32,000 bases of DNA from an uncultured Clostridia bacterium (GTDB taxonomy: Bacteria > Bacillota > Clostridia > Christensenellales > UBA1242), in the NCBI GenBank assembly GCA_944384415.1, contig CALWTF010000014.1, positions 1,741 through 33,740 on the forward strand, given 5' to 3'. Under the pieces are notes generated by a model, which was given only the letters and a program-made list of their open reading frames with translations, did not search any database and was not told the origin of the DNA. Of the stretch, positions 1 to 11,208 are shown in pieces (positions within the stretch are counted from its first letter, which is position 1; the number at the start of each line of letters is the position of its first letter). The position numbers were made by a program, and so were the translations under genes.

Positions 1-2212
1 TGGTTAAAATTTCTGTATTAGGTTTAATTACCGACATATCAACAAGTTTTGCTTCATTAACTAAACGCATTGCACGAACACCGTGAGCAGTTCTTCCCAT
101 AACGCGAATATCTTTTTCATTAAATCTAATACATCTTCCAGAAGAAGAAGCTACTAACACATCATTATCACCAAACGATGCTTCAACGCTAATTAACTCG
201 TCACCTTCATCAAGAGTTATAGCTCGTTTTCCAACTTTCATAATATGAGCAAACTCAGAAATATCTGTTTTTTTGATAAAGCCATTTTTAGTTGCCATAA
301 TTAAATATTTTGGTTTTTCTTGCTGTTTAATATTTTCGCCGTTTTCATCGGCAACTAGTACATAACCATCTTTTTTAATACAAATAATTGCTGTTGCTTT
401 TTCATCAGCATTAAGTTGCAACAAATTCACCAAAGCTCTGCCTTTTGAATTTTTAGCTGATTCAGGAATTTCATATGTTTTAACTGAATAAACTCGTCCA
501 AAATTTGTAAAGAACAATAAAGTGTCGTGAGTGTTTGCAACAAACAAATTATTAACAAAATCATTATCTTTGGTTTTGTGTGAAGAAATACCAACACCGC
601 CTCGGTTTTGGGTGTGATATTCACTAACTGCCATTCGCTTGATATAACCTTGATTTGTCATAGTTATTACCATATCTTCTTTAGCAATTAAATCTTCAAT
701 ATCAATTGAACCTAAATCGTGTGAAATTTCTGTTTTGCGTTCTTCACTGTATTTTTCTTTTATTTCAGTTAATTCTTTTGCTACTATTGCCAACACTTTA
801 TTTGGGTTGTTAATAATACTTTCCATTTCGGCACAAAACTTGTCTAACTCGGCAAGTTCTTCCTGAAGTTTATGAACTTCCAATGCAGTTAAACGAACCA
901 AACGCATTTCCAAAATAGCATTTGCTTGTTTTTCCGACAACGCAAGTTTCATCATTAACTTTTCAACAGCTTCAGCTTTTTCTTTACTTGATTTTATAAT
1001 TGCAACAACTTCATCAATATTAGTTAATGCAAGAACTAAACCTTTTACAATGTGTTCACGCTCACGGGCTTTTTCCAAATCATAAATTGAACGACGCAAA
1101 ATAATTTGTTTTTGATGCTCTAAATAGTGATAAAGCATTTCTTTTAAATTTAAAATTTTTGGTTCATTGTTTACCAATGCTAAAAATATAATTCCATAGC
1201 TGGTTTGAAGTTGTGTGTGTTTAAACAATAAATTTAAAACAACTTGTGGGTTAGCATCTCGTTTTATATCAACCACAATACGCATACCATCACGGTCACT
1301 TTCTTCCTTAATATCAGCAATGCCTTCAATTTTCTTTTCTTTAACCAAATTTGCCATTTGAACAATCAAATTAGCCTTGTTTACTTGATATGGAATTTCG
1401 GTCACAACAATACGATATTTGCCATTTTCTTCTTCAATTTCGGTTTTAGCACGAATAACAACTTTACCGTGTCCTGTTTTGTAGGCTTGTCGCACACCCA
1501 TTCTTCCCATAATTATACCACCAGTTGGAAAGTCTGGAGCTTTTATGTAATCCATCAATTCATCAATTTCTATATCAGGATTATTAATAAGAGCAATAAC
1601 TGCATCAATAACTTCATTCAAATTGTGTGGTGGAATACTGGTTGCCATACCAACGGCAATACCATCTGCACCATTTACCAACAAATTTGGAAATCTAGCA
1701 GGCAAAACAACTGGTTGCATAAGTGTATCATCAAAGTTTGGTTTCCAATCTACACTTTCTTTATCAATATCACGCAACATTTCAGAAGCAATTTTGCTTA
1801 ATCTTGCTTCGGTATAACGCTGAGCCGCTGCTGGGTCACCATCTACCGAACCAAAATTTCCGTGACCATCAACCAAAGGGGCACGCATAGTAAAATCTTG
1901 TGCTAAACGAACCAACGCATCATAAACAGCAGAATCACCGTGTGGGTGATACTTTCCTAAAACATCACCAACAATACGCGCACATTTACGATATGGTTTA
2001 TCACTAAACAAATTTAATTCGCTCATTGAATATAAAATTCTTCTGTGAACAGGTTTTAAACCATCTCGAACATCTGGAATTGCACGGGAAACATTAACTG
2101 CCATTGCATAAGCTATAAAGCTTTTTTTCATTTCATCAACAACAGGAACCTGAATAATTTTTGATTTATCTTCATAAAGGTTGTTTTCGTTATCTGATTT
2201 ATTATCTTCCAT
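1..2212 (-). CDS. gyrA: DNA gyrase subunit A (5' part; the 3' end runs off the window start)
   Basis: Reverse translation from the ATG at 2212 gives [63 protein letters not shown]...[25 protein letters not shown]...[22 protein letters not shown]. These are canonical GyrA N-terminal motifs. A GGAG SD lies about 8 nt upstream. The frame stays open to position 2, so it is absent from the ORF track because it is open-ended. Confidence 0.95.
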   Translation of the reverse strand, partial: MEDNKSDNENNLYEDKSKIIQVPVVDEMKKSFIAYAMAVNVSRAIPDVRDGLKPVHRRILYSMSELNLFSDKPYRKCARIVGDVLGKYHPHGDSAVYDALVRLAQDFTMRAPLVDGHGNFGSVDGDPAAAQRYTEARLSKIASEMLRDIDKESVDWKPNFDDTLMQPVVLPARFPNLLVNGADGIAVGMATSIPPHNLNEVIDAVIALINNPDIEIDELMDYIKAPDFPTGGIIMGRMGVRQAYKTGHGKVVIRAKTEIEEENGKYRIVVTEIPYQVNKANLIVQMANLVKEKKIEGIADIKEESDRDGMRIVVDIKRDANPQVVLNLLFKHTQLQTSYGIIFLALVNNEPKILNLKEMLYHYLEHQKQIILRRSIYDLEKAREREHIVKGLVLALTNIDEVVAIIKSSKEKAEAVEKLMMKLALSEKQANAILEMRLVRLTALEVHKLQEELAELDKFCAEMESIINNPNKVLAIVAKELTEIKEKYSEERKTEISHDLGSIDIEDLIAKEDMVITMTNQGYIKRMAVSEYHTQNRGGVGISSHKTKDNDFVNNLFVANTHDTLLFFTNFGRVYSVKTYEIPESAKNSKGRALVNLLQLNADEKATAIICIKKDGYVLVADENGENIKQQEKPKYLIMATKNGFIKKTDISEFAHIMKVGKRAITLDEGDELISVEASFGDNDVLVASSSGRCIRFNEKDIRVMGRTAHGVRAMRLVNEAKLVDMSVIKPNTEILT

Positions 2213-2257
2213 TATATTTCTCCTTTAAATAGGCACTACGCTAGTTTTATCAAAATT

Positions 2258-3883
2258 TTATTTAATCAAATTTTTTGTATCTTGAAAAATTGATTCAATT
2301 TTATTTTTAAATTTTACAAAACTTGTTTTATCCATTTTTTTTCTCTGCTTGTCATCACATAAACTTTCTGTTTTAGCAGTTTCTTCATTAATAACTTTTG
2401 TATTATCCAAAACCTGATTACAATCCGATTTTGTTGCGCAACTGTTAGAATTTAATGTTTCAGTTTTTAAACCATTTTCAATATCATTTTGTTGCATTTC
2501 TGAAATTTTTTCAACTGCTTCAAGATTGTTTATTTGATATCTTTCATACAATTCATTAAATTTTTCATCAAAACCATAAGTTAAATTTTTATAAATTCGG
2601 TTAATATTATCATTATTTTTAATAAATTCTTCCGGCATATTTACTGGAAAAGATTGAATAATAGCTTCTTTCGTTCTTAAAGCAAGCAAATTTTTTAAAA
2701 TTTGCCCGCATAACTCTGGATTGTTTTTATCAATTTGTGCTTTTTTTATTTCACTAAAACAATATTCTTGTAAATTATTAAAATCTGCAATTAATGATTT
2801 CGATATATTATTTATAACCATATCATTATCAAACTGTTCAGGAACTTTAACTTTTTTTAATCCTGTTAAATTTTGAATAGTTTTTATTGCAGTATCATTA
2901 AAAAATTCTTTTTCGGTTAAATTAAATTCTTTAACACCATTATAATACATTTTTGTTAACATATTGTCATTGAACTGATTAAACATATAAGCACAAACAA
3001 CAAAAGGTAAATAAGTCACATCTTTCATTGTGATTGGTGGAAATCTTATTTTTGATTTTTCAAAAGCCAAAAGTTCAGTTATTGATTCGTGTATATAAAT
3101 TCCAAAATCGTAGTTCGACTCAGTTATAATTTTATCTTCTAAACTGTCATATTTATCTTTTTGAACACAAATTCCACCCATAAATTGATAAATCGGTTTA
3201 CCTGCGTTTTGTTTAAGGTTTTCCTTTATGCAAGCATTGTTTAACGCAACTTCCATACTTGGCGAATATGAAAACTCCTGCTTTGATATAGCGTGATTTA
3301 ATTCGTGGTATATTACCGACAAAAAACTATAATTAACACTAACCATTTTCCCAACATTTGTATCTGCTAATTTATCTACATCTAAATACGACATTAATAA
3401 TGCAAAGTTTTCATCACTAAGTTTGTCTAAATGGTCGTTTAAAGTATCTTCTATTATTTCCCTTTGTTCCTTAGTAACATCATCGTTTATTTTAACGCTT
3501 AAATTTAAGTTTTTATCTAACGAATATCTATATTTACCTACTAAGTCTGGATTTATAATTTTATTAAATATATTATAATTATTTTCTAATGTATCAATAT
3601 CTCTTACATGAACCGAACTAGCATCATTAAAATCACCATTTACCAAAATTGAATGCCTAGCCATAGTTCCCGATTGATTACTTTTTAATTTATGATTTCC
3701 AACAACTTTGAAGTTTGTTTTGAACAATTTATCTAAAAAGTCTAATGACACTTCATTATCTGATGCAACAGTATCATAAGCAAATAATTTTAAATAAATT
3801 ATATAACGCTTAGGAAGTTTTGAATTTTTATATTGCTCATCAAATTTTTCATCAATAACTTTTATTTTTTCTTTAAAATCCAT
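2258..3883 (-). CDS. Uncharacterised zincin-like (HExxH) protein, paralog 1, 541 aa, between gyrB and gyrA
   Basis: Long ORF with a GGAG SD. HELNH at aa 193-197 (nt 3293-3307, CAC GAA TTA AAT CAC). Downstream HESITELLAFE at aa 265-275. Shares motif order and position with the ORFs at 5830-7119 and 26451-27821. No N-terminal signal or TM segment is evident. Confidence 0.75.
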   Translation of the reverse strand: MDFKEKIKVIDEKFDEQYKNSKLPKRYIIYLKLFAYDTVASDNEVSLDFLDKLFKTNFKVVGNHKLKSNQSGTMARHSILVNGDFNDASSVHVRDIDTLENNYNIFNKIINPDLVGKYRYSLDKNLNLSVKINDDVTKEQREIIEDTLNDHLDKLSDENFALLMSYLDVDKLADTNVGKMVSVNYSFLSVIYHELNHAISKQEFSYSPSMEVALNNACIKENLKQNAGKPIYQFMGGICVQKDKYDSLEDKIITESNYDFGIYIHESITELLAFEKSKIRFPPITMKDVTYLPFVVCAYMFNQFNDNMLTKMYYNGVKEFNLTEKEFFNDTAIKTIQNLTGLKKVKVPEQFDNDMVINNISKSLIADFNNLQEYCFSEIKKAQIDKNNPELCGQILKNLLALRTKEAIIQSFPVNMPEEFIKNNDNINRIYKNLTYGFDEKFNELYERYQINNLEAVEKISEMQQNDIENGLKTETLNSNSCATKSDCNQVLDNTKVINEETAKTESLCDDKQRKKMDKTSFVKFKNKIESIFQDTKNLIK

Positions 3884-3897
3884 TATGGCTCCAATAA

Positions 3898-5829
<1,932 letters not shown>

Positions 5830-7119
5830 TTATTTTATAACAGCATTATGTTCAGTGTGAAATTCATTTTCAATTTTACATTCCAAATCATTAATGGTTT
5901 TTATAAATTTTTCACTACCTTGAACACTTAATCCCATAATTAAATTAATTGTATTATCACTGTTTAAAAACATATATCTATCTTCAATAAAATCTTGTTT
6001 TTGTTTTTCCGAAAGCTTATTTTCTTGTACTAATTTAGTAAATTTACTATCACAATAATCAATAATTTCAACCATACAATCTATTAAATTATTTAAGTTG
6101 ATATCATTATCAAAAACATCATTATTGTTTTTGTCTACAATTGATAAAACATAATTTTTAAATAACTTATCCATTTCAACAGCATCTTCAATTGAACACT
6201 TTTCAGCAAATCTACCCGTAATATACTGATTTCGCCATTCACCATTATTTACCACATTAAACATACCTTCAATAAACGGTAAAGTTCCATAATCAGTTAC
6301 ATCAACAATACCTTCCTTATACAATTTATCAAAAACACCTAAATTATTTGATATTTCATTAGCCCATTTTTCAACAATACTTTCTTCTTTAAATTGGTTT
6401 ATAAATTCATTATGCAATAAAACAACATCATCAACCAAGTCAGTATCTTTTACAAATTTAACACCAAAAACACCAACTTGCTCCACACCAAATTTAACAG
6501 ATAATTTATCATCATAATTTACAAATTTTTTTAAACTTATATCACTGTTATTGTCATCAAATTTTTCAACACTAGCATAACTAACAGCGTGCAGTAATTG
6601 ATGAATAAAATTTTGTTCAACAAGTGCTTTATTATATTGACCTTTTAAATATAAAGGAATAGTTTGATTGTTTATATATTGATTAATAAATTGTTGTTGT
6701 ATCTTATTTTTTTGTTTTAGCATTTTAAAATTATCAACAATTTTAGAATCATCATAAACAAATTCAAACAACGAAGATGAAATTTTTGCTTTTCTTTTTG
6801 TTTTACAACCTAACAAAGCATTAAATTCTTCATCTTTTGTTATAAACACCTTTCTTTCTAATTCAATTTTACCATCATTAACAATTAAACTTCTGTTAGT
6901 AAAAACATCAAAATATTTTTGATTACTTTTATCAACATATTCAATTTTAGTTTTTTCCAATCTTTTTAAAATTTCATCTCGTTCCTCAACAGAACAATCA
7001 ATAACTTGACTATAAATTTCTTTTAAAAATGGATAACAATATCCAAACTTTAATCTTAAGTATGCCGAATTTTCAAACAAAAATTTTTCTCTTTTGTTAA
7101 ATTGAACAACATTTCCCAT
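5830..7119 (-). CDS. Uncharacterised zincin-like paralog 2 with degenerate HQLLH motif (429 aa), between recF and gyrB
   Basis: ORF with a GGGGTG SD, 10 nt after the recF stop. HQLLH at aa 173-177 (nt 6589-6603, CAT CAA TTA CTG CAC) lies at the same relative position as HELNH and HELIH in the paralogs. Shared blocks: NRSLIVNDG vs RHSILVNGD, and GTLPFIEGMF vs TYLPFVVCAYMF. Confidence 0.7.
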   Translation of the reverse strand: MGNVVQFNKREKFLFENSAYLRLKFGYCYPFLKEIYSQVIDCSVEERDEILKRLEKTKIEYVDKSNQKYFDVFTNRSLIVNDGKIELERKVFITKDEEFNALLGCKTKRKAKISSSLFEFVYDDSKIVDNFKMLKQKNKIQQQFINQYINNQTIPLYLKGQYNKALVEQNFIHQLLHAVSYASVEKFDDNNSDISLKKFVNYDDKLSVKFGVEQVGVFGVKFVKDTDLVDDVVLLHNEFINQFKEESIVEKWANEISNNLGVFDKLYKEGIVDVTDYGTLPFIEGMFNVVNNGEWRNQYITGRFAEKCSIEDAVEMDKLFKNYVLSIVDKNNNDVFDNDINLNNLIDCMVEIIDYCDSKFTKLVQENKLSEKQKQDFIEDRYMFLNSDNTINLIMGLSVQGSEKFIKTINDLECKIENEFHTEHNAVIK

Positions 7120-7129
7120 TATATCACCC

Positions 7130-8215
7130 CTATTCAGTTATTAAGCCATTCTCCATATGAAAAATTTTACAATTTAACCCTAAATCAAATTCTGTACAAG
7201 TAAGTATACATTGTATGTTTTTAAAGTAGTTAACCAACTTTTCACGCCTTAATAAATCAAGTTCACTAAGCACATCATCTAAAAGCAAAACAGGATATTC
7301 CCCATATTCATCTTTTAAAATTTCCATTTCAGCAAGTTTTAGTGCTAGTGTAGCAGTTCTTTGTTGACCTTGACTTCCATTTTTGCGCAAATCCAAACCA
7401 TTAAATTTCAAAACAAAATCATCACAGTGAACACCAAAATTTGAATAGCCTAAAACCATATCTTTTTCTAAACTTTTTTGAACCCCAGTATTCCAAGCAT
7501 CAATAAAATCTTGCTCGCTTGCATTTTCTTTATCACATATGCCTTTATAATTTATTGTTAATTCTTCATTTCCATTAGATAAATCAAAATGTATTTGCTT
7601 AGCATACTGTTGAAGTTTTTCAATAAACCTTAATCTTGCCATTGCAATTTTAGCAGAATTTTTTGCTAAAAGTTCGTCCCAAACTGAAAGTTGATTTTTT
7701 AAATTTACAGGTTTTTGTCTTAATAAATTATTTCGTTGATTTAAAAGTTTTTGATTTGTTCGCAAATCTTTTAAATATTGTTTTTCAAGTTGACAGTTTA
7801 TAATATCAATAAATCTTCGCCTAAACCCAGGGCTTCCCTGCACAAGTTTAAGTTCATCAGGAGAAAAATAAACGCTTCCAAATTGACCAACAATATCACT
7901 TAATTTAATGGTTTTATTACCATCAACTAACACTGTTTTTTTTTCAGATGTTCCCATTTGAATATCAAGGCTGTGTTCCACCCCTCCACGCTGATAAACA
8001 AGGTTTATACTTGCATTTTTTTTACCAAAACCAATGGTTTCAATATCTTTGTGTGTTCTTGGGCTTTTTCCTATAGTGGCAAAATAAATGGCTTCTAAAA
8101 GATTTGTTTTACCTTGGGCATTCTTGCCACAAATCACATTTAAAAGTGGTGCAAACTTAATTTTCTGCTCTGATAAATTTCTAAAATTACGAACCGAAAC
8201 ACTGTTGATTTTCAA
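7130..8215 (-). CDS. recF: DNA replication/repair protein RecF
   Basis: 361 aa. N-terminus MKINSVSVRNFRNL...NVICGKNAQGKTNLLEAIYF (Walker A). SMC-type signature GSQGQQRTATLALKLAE and Walker B PVLLLDDVLSELD. TTG start at 8215-8213 with a GGGGTG SD 9 nt upstream. Confidence 0.93.
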   Translation of the reverse strand: MKINSVSVRNFRNLSEQKIKFAPLLNVICGKNAQGKTNLLEAIYFATIGKSPRTHKDIETIGFGKKNASINLVYQRGGVEHSLDIQMGTSEKKTVLVDGNKTIKLSDIVGQFGSVYFSPDELKLVQGSPGFRRRFIDIINCQLEKQYLKDLRTNQKLLNQRNNLLRQKPVNLKNQLSVWDELLAKNSAKIAMARLRFIEKLQQYAKQIHFDLSNGNEELTINYKGICDKENASEQDFIDAWNTGVQKSLEKDMVLGYSNFGVHCDDFVLKFNGLDLRKNGSQGQQRTATLALKLAEMEILKDEYGEYPVLLLDDVLSELDLLRREKLVNYFKNIQCILTCTEFDLGLNCKIFHMENGLITE

Positions 8216-8482
8216 AGAATTTTACACCCCTTTTAAAAAACAATTTTAAAGCCATTCTCACTACCTTTACATTATACCAAAACACACTTAAAAACACAAG
8301 AATTTTATTAAATTTTCTTTTAAAAAACAAGGCTAAAATACCGTTTTTTGCCCCAAATTTGCCCAATATTAAATTTTATTATAAAAGTAATATATTTTAT
8401 TAAAACAATATATCTTGTTTAACCTTGCTAAAATTACGCATAATAAAACAAGAATTAGTTTAAAAGGTAAAAATTTTATAAA

Positions 8483-8491
8483 AGTGGAAAA
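8483..8491 (-). promoter_or_regulatory. Single DnaA-box-like 9-mer (TTTTCCACT on the minus strand) just upstream of the small ORF's RBS
   Basis: The plus strand reads AGTGGAAAA. This is one mismatch from TTATCCACA in the core, and it is the same variant used in the oriC array. Confidence 0.4.
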
Positions 8492-8505
8492 CTAGGGGAT
8501 AAGTT

Positions 8506-8712
8506 ATGTATTATAATTATCACAAAATAGCACAAACAAAAATTAAAAATGGAATGTTAAAAAAGTTTGAATACACAGAAAAATGGAACAATATTAAACC
8601 AGCTTTAGTTTTATATTTTTCAGACAACAAAATTATGCCTATAAGACAAGAAAGATGGTTTGAATATCAGTTTTTAATTGAAAAACACTATCAAAATAAA
8701 TCAGAAAAATAA
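8506..8712 (+). CDS. Hypothetical small protein (68 aa)
   Basis: ATG preceded by a GGGGA SD (8495-8499) and followed by a strong hairpin terminator. No recognisable family. Confidence 0.45.
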   Translation: MYYNYHKIAQTKIKNGMLKKFEYTEKWNNIKPALVLYFSDNKIMPIRQERWFEYQFLIEKHYQNKSEK

Positions 8713-8745
8713 AACAATTTTAACACAACTGTTTTATTAAAAACT

Positions 8746-8781
8746 AAAACAAGAATAACTTATAAAAGCTATTCTTGTTTT
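8746..8781. terminator. Bidirectional intrinsic-terminator-like hairpin between the convergent 68-aa ORF and the 207-aa ORF
   Basis: AAAACAAGAATA (8746-8757) pairs perfectly with TATTCTTGTTTT (8770-8781). A-run and T-run flanks on the two sides. Confidence 0.7.
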
Positions 8782-8783
8782 GT

Positions 8784-9407
8784 TTAAATTGATGCAATTT
8801 TAGGAGTAACAGTGTATTCAAAATCTTTTTCTTCAACAACACTTTTGTGTTCATCTTTCTTTTGAAGTTCATCTTGTCTAACAAAGTTTTTAATCCAAAT
8901 AACACGCTTTACAAGATTTGCATCTAATTTATCTTTATCGTTCTGCATAAAAGTAGGAAATTTACCTTCTAAAAAATTTTCTAATCGTTGTAAGTATTCA
9001 CCACCATCGGTATAAAACCTAAAAGCTTGCCAAAATAAATCATTTTCAAATTTACTATCAACTTCATCTTTTGTATAAGTTTCAAAATCAGTAACAACCA
9101 TTTTTCTTGATGAAACTAATTTTTTATCCTCTTTTTCAAAAACCATAATAGTATCGTAATCTACTTCAAAATAACTAAAAATCTGCCCTTGTTTTTGTTC
9201 AAAAATTTTAGAAACTTTTTTAACTTTATAGTCAAAAATATTCGAAACATTATTTCCATTATTAAAAGCTTGTTTAGCACGCAAAAATGTTTCAAATTCA
9301 CTTGGTGTAATAACACAACCTTCACTTACACTTTCATTAACTAAACTTGATTGTGATAAATTTTTGTTAATGTATTCATCTACAGTATTTTTAAAATTTT
9401 CTTCCAT
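8784..9407 (-). CDS. Hypothetical protein (207 aa) immediately downstream of dnaA
   Basis: The ORF track gives 8784-9449. The start was moved to the ATG at 9407 (MEENFKN...) because a GAGGAG SD sits 6-8 nt upstream of it. No recognisable motifs. Confidence 0.6.
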   Translation of the reverse strand: MEENFKNTVDEYINKNLSQSSLVNESVSEGCVITPSEFETFLRAKQAFNNGNNVSNIFDYKVKKVSKIFEQKQGQIFSYFEVDYDTIMVFEKEDKKLVSSRKMVVTDFETYTKDEVDSKFENDLFWQAFRFYTDGGEYLQRLENFLEGKFPTFMQNDKDKLDANLVKRVIWIKNFVRQDELQKKDEHKSVVEEKDFEYTVTPKIASI

Positions 9408-9566
9408 AAAATCTCCTCTTAACTTAGAAAAGCCAATTAATTGTAACACATCTAAATCAAGATTACAATACCTATTTAAAAATTTTTACCAAACAAAAAA
9501 CAAAACACAAAAATAAAATTATTATGTTAAAAAACAAACTTAACAACTTAAAATAATGTAAAAAAA

Positions 9567-9583
9567 TTATCCACTTTTCCACT
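9567..9583 (+). promoter_or_regulatory. Tandem overlapping DnaA boxes (TTATCCACT + TTTTCCACT)
   Basis: Sequence TTATCCACTTTTCCACT in the A-rich spacer between the dnaA stop and the next gene. Its exact reverse complement recurs at 22399-22415. Confidence 0.7.
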
Positions 9584-9688
9584 TTTTTATATTTTTTAAA
9601 TCAAACCAAAAAACTTGTATAAATTTTAAAAAAACCGCATTATAAAGCCTTTTAAAGCTAAATTAAAAACATAAATTACAAAACAAAA

Positions 9689-11071
9689 TTACGATTTATT
9701 AGCAAGATTTTCAATCTCGTTAACTAAGCGTTTCATAATTTTATCAGTTTTTACCAACTCACTAATTTTATCTCTAGCGTGGATAGCAGTTGTATGGTCA
9801 CGATTAAAAATTTTTCCAATTGAAGACATTGGAATATTTAAATTTTTCCACATCAAATAAATACAAATTTGTCGTGGTTCAACCAATTCTTTATTGCGTT
9901 TTTTACCTAACAATTCTTCTCTTGTTACGCCAGTTTTTCTACAAACAGCATCAATAATTTTATCCGAAGTTACAACCCGACCAACACTAACATCTAACTC
10001 GTGTGATTTTGCCAACATCTCTTCAGCAACAGCTCTATCAACAACAGCTTTCCCGTGAAGATTAGCAAAAAAATAAAGTTTTCCTAAAACACCTTCAATT
10101 TCACGAATATTGTATCTTTCTAACCTTTCAGCTAACATAGGAATAGTACTTTCTTCAAACTGATATCCTTCCATATCAACTTTTTTTCTAATAATCATCA
10201 TTCTTGTTTCAAGGTCTGGTTGTGCAATTTCTTGAATTAAACCACTGCTAAAACGACTTTTTAACCTATCTTCCAAAGTCGTCATTTCTTTTGGTGGTCT
10301 ATCAGATGAAATTATAATTTGCTTGCCGTGTTGAAACAAATCATTAAAAGTGTGAAAAAACTCCTCTTGTAGCTTATCTTTGCCAATAATAAACTGAATA
10401 TCATCAACCAATAAAACATCGGCTAAACGATATTTTTTTCTAAACTCGACCATACCTTTTTCACGACTGTGTTGTAACAAATCATAAAAATCATTGGCAA
10501 ATTGTTCACAAGTTACATAAACCAACTTTATTTGCCCTTTTTTCCTCTCGTAAACAAAATTTCCAATAGCGTGTAAAATGTGGGTTTTACCAAGCCCAAC
10601 ACCACCATAAATAAACAAAGGATTAAACCTTACACAAGGTTGTTCAGCAACAGCACGAGCAGCCGCATAAATCATCTGATTAGTTGTTCCCACAACAAAA
10701 TTTTCAAAAGTATACCTAGGATTAAACGGATTTTCGTGTTTCACCTCTTGAGATAACACTTCAGGAAGTGGCTCACCATTTTCACTATCACGCAAATTCC
10801 ACTTCTCTATGTATTCTTCACTTTCACTTTCCAAAACAAACATAACTTGCGACAACTTAAAATTTTTCTCTACCGATTGAAGCAATAAATCGTTGTACAT
10901 ACGCAAAACAGTATCTCGCACCATTTCATTTGGTGTTAAAAAAACCAGAGCATCACCATTAATGTGAATTGGTTTCAACTTCTTAACCCATAAATCCAAA
11001 CCAACGGCACTTATTTTACCTTCAAAATCCGAAAGCACTTCTTGCCATTGCTTATCTAAGAAATTTTGCAT
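9689..11071 (-). CDS. dnaA: Chromosomal replication initiator protein DnaA
   Basis: 460 aa. Motifs: FENFVVGTTNQMIYAAARAV, NPLFIYGGVGLGKTHILHAIGN (Walker A), LLVDDIQF (Walker B), RFSSGL. C-terminal DNA-binding helix DHTTAIHARDKI. Confidence 0.97.
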   Translation of the reverse strand: MQNFLDKQWQEVLSDFEGKISAVGLDLWVKKLKPIHINGDALVFLTPNEMVRDTVLRMYNDLLLQSVEKNFKLSQVMFVLESESEEYIEKWNLRDSENGEPLPEVLSQEVKHENPFNPRYTFENFVVGTTNQMIYAAARAVAEQPCVRFNPLFIYGGVGLGKTHILHAIGNFVYERKKGQIKLVYVTCEQFANDFYDLLQHSREKGMVEFRKKYRLADVLLVDDIQFIIGKDKLQEEFFHTFNDLFQHGKQIIISSDRPPKEMTTLEDRLKSRFSSGLIQEIAQPDLETRMMIIRKKVDMEGYQFEESTIPMLAERLERYNIREIEGVLGKLYFFANLHGKAVVDRAVAEEMLAKSHELDVSVGRVVTSDKIIDAVCRKTGVTREELLGKKRNKELVEPRQICIYLMWKNLNIPMSSIGKIFNRDHTTAIHARDKISELVKTDKIMKRLVNEIENLANKS

Positions 11072-11107
11072 CAGCTCGACACCTGTCCTTTTTGTTTTGT
11101 GTGAATA

Positions 11108-11136
11108 ACTTTAACAAACAAACCCTCAATTGTCAA
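11108..11136 (-). promoter_or_regulatory. Candidate sigma-70-type promoter for dnaA
   Basis: On the minus strand: TTGACA (11136-11131), a 17-nt spacer, then TGtTAAAGT (-10 at 11113-11108). About 30-40 nt upstream of the dnaA ATG. Confidence 0.45.
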
Positions 11137-11208
11137 TTGTGTGCGACAACAATTTTAAAAATTTTTTTTAGCAACTTTTTTAGTCTAAAAGCGTTTCGTA
11201 AAAGCCGA

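Noticed and set aside
427-1817. ORF-track entries 427-624 (-), 1244-1801 (+) and 1623-1817 (+) inside the gyrA region.
   Set aside because: They are out of frame or antisense to the unmistakable GyrA reading frame. Their translations are low-complexity (N/I/F-rich), as expected from an AT-rich antisense strand.
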